From contig NW_015168654.1 of assembly GCF_001447785.1 (NCBI RefSeq), positions 1,748,031 through 1,812,030 on the forward strand: DNA of 64,000 bases. The letters are read 5' to 3'. The DNA comes from Gekko japonicus (lineage: Eukaryota). Position 1 is the first letter of the stretch; each line of letters opens with the position of its first letter. This document shows, piece by piece, positions 58,101 to 64,000 of this stretch. The notes beneath the pieces were generated by a model. That model ran no database searches. It was not told where the DNA came from and saw only the letters and a list, made by a program, of their open reading frames with translations. A program made the translations under genes and the position numbers.

Positions 58101-61100
58101 CAACATTGGCGTCTCTTATGTTCTTATGTTAATTCTGAGCTGGCACACTAGCAGCTCCGATCACCAACCCTAATGGGCCTCTAGGTTGCTTAAGGAGAAA
58201 GGTTCATACAGCAGGAAAGGCAGCTTGAATCACACAACTCCATATAAATCTTAAGCGCAGGCTTAGAGCCCTTGGGAATAACCTATGGGCACTCGGGAAC
58301 AGGAAAGGGTAGGGGTGGTGTTCCAGACAGTGAGGGGATGAGGGACAACAGCTCTCCATGCAGCTTCCAAATCCCACTCCACCCACTCAAGTGTCCTGTC
58401 CTGCAACATTTCATAAAACCCAGCTTTTGCCTCCTCCTTCACTCTTCCATTTCATGACACAGAGTCCCCAGTCCCTCCCAAAAATGCCACTAGAGTGATG
58501 CCAACATCTGCAGGATTTGGCTTCAGGGCACAGAGTCTGGCTTTTCAGAGGGCTCAATGCAACAGCCAAGCCCATTCCACAAGCTCTCTTCACAGGTATC
58601 TCTGCTGACCTGAAGGGCCAACCCCATTTCTCAGTGTAGCCATTTATGATTATGGATGCTAATCAAATTCCCTGCACAACACAGGTTGCAGTCCTACACT
58701 TTCCTGGGAGAAAGCCCCATTGACTAAGATGGGACAACTTCGGAGTAGACCTTTTTAGGATTGCTCCCACCATTATTTTTTTAGTAGTGTCAAGGTTCTG
58801 TAGCAAATTGCATGCAGACGTAAGAAAGAAAGTGCTAATTTCTGCAAATGACTCACTGTATACGATAGAAACATACCGGCCAATCTTTACAGAGTAGACA
58901 GATGATGAAGAATTTTCATTTTGCTGACTGCACATACTTGTACTAACAGGAGCAGGAAACCCCAAGTTTTTTCAGGCCATGGCCACCTTTGGGGTTCTGA
59001 GACAGGGTGGTGGGCACAACTGGAAAATGGCTGCTACAAAGTGGAGGTGAAGCCAGCCACAAAATGGCTGCTACAGCTTACCCTCAGGACATGGTGAAGA
59101 TCTGTTTGCTGTGGAGACAGTGGCTGCCAAGGCAATGTTTTTAAAAATCTGCACAGCCAATCCAATCTCCAATGGCCAATCAGAAGCCCTGCTGGGCAAA
59201 AGCCCCACTCACTTTCTAAAAACACTTGGTGGGTGCAAGGAAAGGTGTCGGCAGGTGCCATAGTGCCCACGGGCACCATGTTGGGGAACCCTGGACTGGA
59301 GAATCTCCAGCAGAAATTATTTTGTGTTGCTCATGACAATAACACACAGTTCACACTATTCCCCACTGTCCAGGGCGCGAAGAGGGAATAAAGGTGTTCT
59401 TGTTGGGTAAGGCAGTGGGAAGCCTAGCAACTAACCTCTCTTCTCCAATAAATACAGCCTTTCATAGCAGGAACACTACAGACCAATCTGGTCTTGACCA
59501 AGACTACTCCCTCACCTTATTATCTGGACTCAGCGTTATGTCCTCAATCTCCCCATTGTGGGCCTGGAACTCGAGGGTTTTCTTCATGCTGGGAAACTAC
59601 AGAAANNNNNNNNNNNNNNNNNNNNNNNNNNNNNNNNNNNNNNNNNGCTAATTTGGGCAACAGGGAGGGAGCACTTCCTCCAATTTCACGTACAAAGAGC
59701 CCATCTTTGCTGTCCATAACCTCAGCACCCTTTTGTCCCTGTTCCCAGTTGTATAGGCCATCTCCCCCAGCTCTCCCCCCTAGACCAGAGCCGCTTGTAC
59801 CTCCCAGACCCGTAGGAATCCATCCACGCCACCAGTGGCCAGGAGGGTGTGGTCATCACTGAAGCACACAGCCTTCTGCAGGGCGTCAGGACTGGTATCC
59901 GTCTGGACACGGTGCAGGGTTTCCACAGTCACTTCATTTGTCTCCTTGCGTGTGTCACTGGTGCTACCAGGCCCACTGGCCGGGGGGGCCTTGCGCCTCC
60001 TGGGACCCTTCTCATCGCCACCTGCAGGCAGAATGAAATTGGTAAGACGGTTCTAGGCCCATCTAACTACTCCCTGCCAAACTACTGACCCAAATCACCT
60101 TGCTAGGCTTTTCAACCCCATTTATTTGGCCCATAGCAAACTGTTCAGAGAACACTGAACTAAGCTGAGAGGGCACTCCGGACCCTACCAGCTGTGCCCT
60201 ATAGCCCTGCACACAGGCCTTCTGTAAGTTCACCTTCCTATCCTGCAGTTCTGCTAAGATCTGAAGAAACTGGAGCGTCTTCAGGAAGCACTGCAGGATC
60301 GTCTTCTCTGGGGTGGTATTTAATCACTGTGGGGAAATGTTTATCTATTTCTGTAGACTGCATATTTTAACAAGCATTCTATACATGATGGTGGAAAGTG
60401 CCGCCAAGTCACAGCCGACTTCTGGCAACCCCGTATGGTTTTCAAGGCAAAAGATGTTCAGAGCGGGTTTGCCATCACCTGCCTCTGTGTTGCAACCCTG
60501 GTCTTCCTTAGTCTTCCAGCCGAATACTGATCAGGGCCAACCCTGCTTAGCTTCTGAGATCTGATGAGATTGGGCTAGTCTGGGCCATCCACATCAGAGT
60601 ATTTTATACACAGGAGTTTTCTTTAAACCTTCTTGCGTGCCCTGGGCTCTCTGGGTGGGATGACTTACAAGATTTTTTTTTTTTTTTAAAAGGTAACTGC
60701 TAAGCTCTCACTTGCTTTACTGGGGGCAGAATCACCAGTACCCCCTTTCTGACTGGGTTGCTGCAGGTGGAAGTTCAGGATGTGGCAGGTGGCATCCTGC
60801 CCTGCGGCAATGATGTTCCCTGCCAATGCCATGGTCATGGTGGCCCGTGTCTCTGTGTCATGTGCGTGCAATAGTGAAGCAGACAGGTCACCTCCCCTCC
60901 AGTCCAGTTGCAAGAAATGCTAGGAAAGAGAGATGGAGAAGAGATTTAGGGGAACAGCTCGCAAAACACACCAAAAATAACTTCCATAACCAACCCCTTT
61001 GTATTTCCAGGGATTTCCAATTTTGCCCTGTTCCCCTCAGTCATAATGGGGAAGAGGGCTTGTACCACACAACTGCCAGCCCCTCCCCCACCGCCACTAC

Positions 61101-61903
61101 GGCACTATCCCAGCCTCCTGCTTCTGGACCCTGAAACTAGAAGGGCAGCAGCAGGGAATCCACACGTCAATGGCCTTTGGGGAGAACAGCAGTTTCAAAG
61201 CACTGCAGTCAGAATCTCTGAAACTGCCAAAGGCAACGTTTCGCTTTCCCCATCCCAGAGCACAAAGAAGCAAGGTAACTTCTGCGGAACACCATTTCCA
61301 GAAAGGTAGCTGTCTTAGTCTATAGAAGCAAAATAAAACAGCAGTGGCACTTTTAGAGACTCTGAAAATGTATTCCAACATAAAGGTTTGTGTATCAGAG
61401 GTCATTTCATAAGATGCATGAAGTGTCCATCCATAAATCATTTTTAAACCCCCGCATCTGATGAAGTGAATGCTGACACATGAAAGCTGTGGCTAGATAA
61501 ATCTTTATTCCATGGAGTACTACCAGACTCCGTTTTCTTTCTCTGGAGAGTGCCAGGTAAATATGGTGCAGCGTGTCCGTTCCCTGGACAGAGGCCAGCT
61601 ACATCTCGCGCTGCTCCAACCTGTCTCAAGACACAGCCACGATGCGGCTTCTACCCGATGGCCAGGTAACAGGACAGAACTGGCACTCTCCATTCTAAGC
61701 CGTGCCTAGGACTCATGGGCACGTTGACAGGTGCAGCGCCAGCCTGACTGTTCCTTCCCTCTCCTTACCAGGCCATTCTTGATGCCGGTCTTGGCAGCTC
61801 CGCCGCCACCCCCGATCAGAGCCAGACCAGCCTCGCGATGCACGCGCAGGGCATAGAGGGGGAAGGGAGCCCGGTAAAGCTCCGGGGGCCGCCGGGGGGC
61901 CAT
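55058..61903 (-). CDS. PREB: Prolactin regulatory element-binding protein (Sec12 orthologue, Sar1 GEF), gene span (9 exons, about 420 aa)
   Basis: [14 protein letters not shown]-loop, WD40 repeats, C-terminal TM ending AFPGFL*. Exons 135+208+221+81+125+174+73+151+95 = 1263 nt. Confidence 0.95.
55366..55516 (-). CDS. PREB: PREB exon 8
   Basis: ccacag|[21 protein letters not shown]...[16 protein letters not shown]|gtacgt. Confidence 0.9.
55839..55911 (-). CDS. PREB: PREB exon 7
   Basis: ttgcag|[24 protein letters not shown]|gtatgg. Confidence 0.92.
56224..56397 (-). CDS. PREB: PREB exon 6
   Basis: gcgcag|[19 protein letters not shown]...[11 protein letters not shown]|gtaagc. Confidence 0.92.
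56481..56605 (-). CDS. PREB: PREB exon 5
   Basis: ccgcag|[24 protein letters not shown]...YRYQAC|gtaata. Confidence 0.92.
57650..58130 (+). mobile_element. CR1 LINE 3' end
   Basis: Closely similar to the reverse complement of 10563-11345 without the SINE; tail TCTTATGTTCTTATGTT. Confidence 0.85.
59516..59596 (-). CDS. PREB: PREB exon 4
   Basis: ctgtag|[27 protein letters not shown]|gtgagg. Confidence 0.92.
59801..60021 (-). CDS. PREB: PREB exon 3
   Basis: ctgcag|[10 protein letters not shown]...[17 protein letters not shown]...[11 protein letters not shown]|gtacaa. Confidence 0.92.
60712..60919 (-). CDS. PREB: PREB exon 2 (3' end uncertain)
   Basis: tcctag|[28 protein letters not shown]...; several phase-1 donors possible. 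Confidence 0.8.
61769..61903 (-). CDS. PREB: PREB exon 1
   Basis: [45 protein letters not shown]|gtaagg. Confidence 0.93.
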
Positions 61904-62300
61904 GGCCTGGGCGACAGAAGGGCCAAAGGTCAACTCATGCCAACCCCAGGGAAACTGTCCCTTCACTTAACCCTCCCTCTGGCACGACCTCTGACCCTTT
62001 TCTTGCCCGCCCCCCGATGTTCTCCTTTCCTCTTCCTCTCCGTTCCAGCCCGTTCCCGGTAGCCGCGGCTCTCACACCCCTACTAGGCATGCGCACACTT
62101 CTCAAGCTTCTTCGCTGCGCAGGCGCAGACGTCTCGGTACACGTCAGCATAAAAGCTTAGCCGGCCGGCACTCGGTGCCTCTTATCACGTGACCATCTCA
62201 TGGACTTCATATACTTGTACGCGCCATTTTTGACAAGGGCGGAAGCTAGGCAGTGCAGAGCCCTTTTAAAAAGGCGCGGCAGTTAGCCGCTGCCTCGCTC
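61904..62300 (-). promoter_or_regulatory. PREB CpG-island promoter
   Basis: NRF1-like TGCGCAGGCGCA 62116-62127, CACGTCA 62140-62146, TCACGTGAC 62185-62193, YY1 CGCCATTTT 62222-62230. Confidence 0.7.
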
Positions 62301-64000
62301 AGTCAGAAGAGGGCAAAGGATATGGACATGTAAATACACGTTTATACAGGCTTGCTTGTGGGGGAAGGGGGGCTGCCTGCGTGCTCTAGCAATTTCCTTT
62401 TGTCCAGACTAGGTCGAGTTACATTTCCACATCTGACGAAGGGAGCTTTGACTCTCCAAAGCTTATATCCCCACAATCTCGTTCGTCTCTAAGGGACTAT
62501 TGGACTCGATTCTAGCTGTATTCACACGTGCCTGCCATTGAAAACTATCTGGAAACTTCAGTTGGTCAGAAATGAGGCAGTCAAGCTGGCGTCGAGGCTG
62601 GATACACGGATAAATCATAGCTATAGCTAGGGATGCCAGCCTCCAGGTGGGACTTGGAGATCCCCCCAGAATGACAGCTCGTATCCAGACTACAGAGATC
62701 AGTTCCCCTGGAAAAATGGATGCTTTAGAGAGTGGACTCTGTGGCATTGCACCCCACTGAGGTCCCTGTCCTCCCCAGATTCCATTCCCAATCTCCCAAG
62801 AATTTCCCAACTTGAATCCTGCAACACCCCCCCACTCCCGCTGGTGGCCAGGGGGGATCTGGCAACCCTAGGATGCATGCTTATTTTCAGGCACAATGCA
62901 ATATGCTGGTTTCTTACCTTTAACACTAGCGTTACCAACCTCCAGGTGGCACCTGGAGATCTTCCACTATTTTAATTGATCTCCAGATGACCAGGTTCAG
63001 TTCCGCTGGAGAAAATGACCACAGGGATGCCAGGCTCCAGGTGAGACCTGGGGATCCCCTGGAATTACAGCTCATCTCCAGACTACAGAGATTAGTTCCT
63101 CCGGAGGAAATGGATGATTTGGAAGGTGGACATTGTATTCCACTGAGGTCCTTATTCCGAGGCTCCACCTCCAAATCTCCACAGGTTTCCCAACTAGGAT
63201 CTGGCAACCCACCCACCCCCATACCCCACTGGTGGCCAAGGAGGACCTGGCAACCCTCCTATGGCAGTATAGCATGCTGAGGTCCCTCTCCTTGCCAAAC
63301 CGCACCCCCCACACTCCATCTCCAAAATCTCCAGGTATTTCCCAACCAAGAGCATACTCAAAAAAATAATGTCTCCTCTCATAGTGACCATCCTGCCAGT
63401 TAAGAGCCTGCTCTCTGTGCCACACCTGCAGATATGGGGTGGGTGGCAGAGACAGGGCTTTTTCAGTAGTGGTCCCCTTGCATTTGGAAGTCCCCCCCCT
63501 CACCACAATGTTTATGCAACCCCTGCTTTACTGTCCTTTATGTGCCAGGTTAAGACATTTCTGCTTACCCAGCCTTTTACCAGAAGCGGTCCATTTTTAA
63601 AGCTGTCTTTTAATGCTCTGCTTCTAGCCTGAGGGATGTTCTATGGATATAATTTCTGTTTCCTTAAAGTTTTTATGGCTTGCTTTGATATAATTTTACA
63701 GTTATTGGTTTAATGATGCTATTGTACATTTTATTTATTTTTAGCTGGCTTGAACAGGACTTTGGAGATGTGGCACGCCACCTTTCTAATAAAATAATAA
63801 ACTAAACGATAGAGTATGCCAGGCAAGCACACCCTGTTTGGCCCAGACTAGAAGAGGGCTGCCACCGAGCTGGGTACTTGCATACTTCTTCCTCTTTAAA
63901 GTTGCCATAGCATTACCAATTGTCTAGGTGCTATATACAGCCTCTGGGAAACACAGCCCATCTCTCCATAGTGCTTCATTTTGTGCTAGCTGACCAACTG

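Overview
Vertebrate genomic DNA, most likely a squamate and probably a gecko (inferred from the repeat content: Squam3-like and 5S-derived SINEs, CR1/L2/RTE LINEs, abundant hAT MITEs, Penelope relics). The window carries the conserved KHK(+) / CGREF1(-) / ABHD1(+) / PREB(-) gene cluster. I reconstructed exons by hand from GT-AG boundaries, reading phase and recalled human protein sequences. KHK exons 3a to 8 are present, and exons 1-2 were not found, so they probably lie upstream. CGREF1 (240 aa), ABHD1 (401 aa) and PREB (about 420 aa) have complete CDSs. Main observations: (1) KHK exon 5 is 5 nt short at its acceptor, so the canonical splice frameshifts into an immediate stop. This is either a real loss-of-function allele or an assembly error; skipping exon 4, which is bracketed by inverted MITEs, would restore the frame. 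(2) The mutually exclusive KHK-A/KHK-C exons are separated by only 71 nt, with the branch point 35 nt from the upstream donor, which suggests a steric exclusion mechanism. (3) There is a candidate HNF1/HNF4 enhancer in KHK intron 3. (4) A Gypsy LTR fragment is rearranged into nested inverted duplications. I see no evidence for a wholly new multi-gene system, and most ORF-track entries are spurious or repeat-derived.
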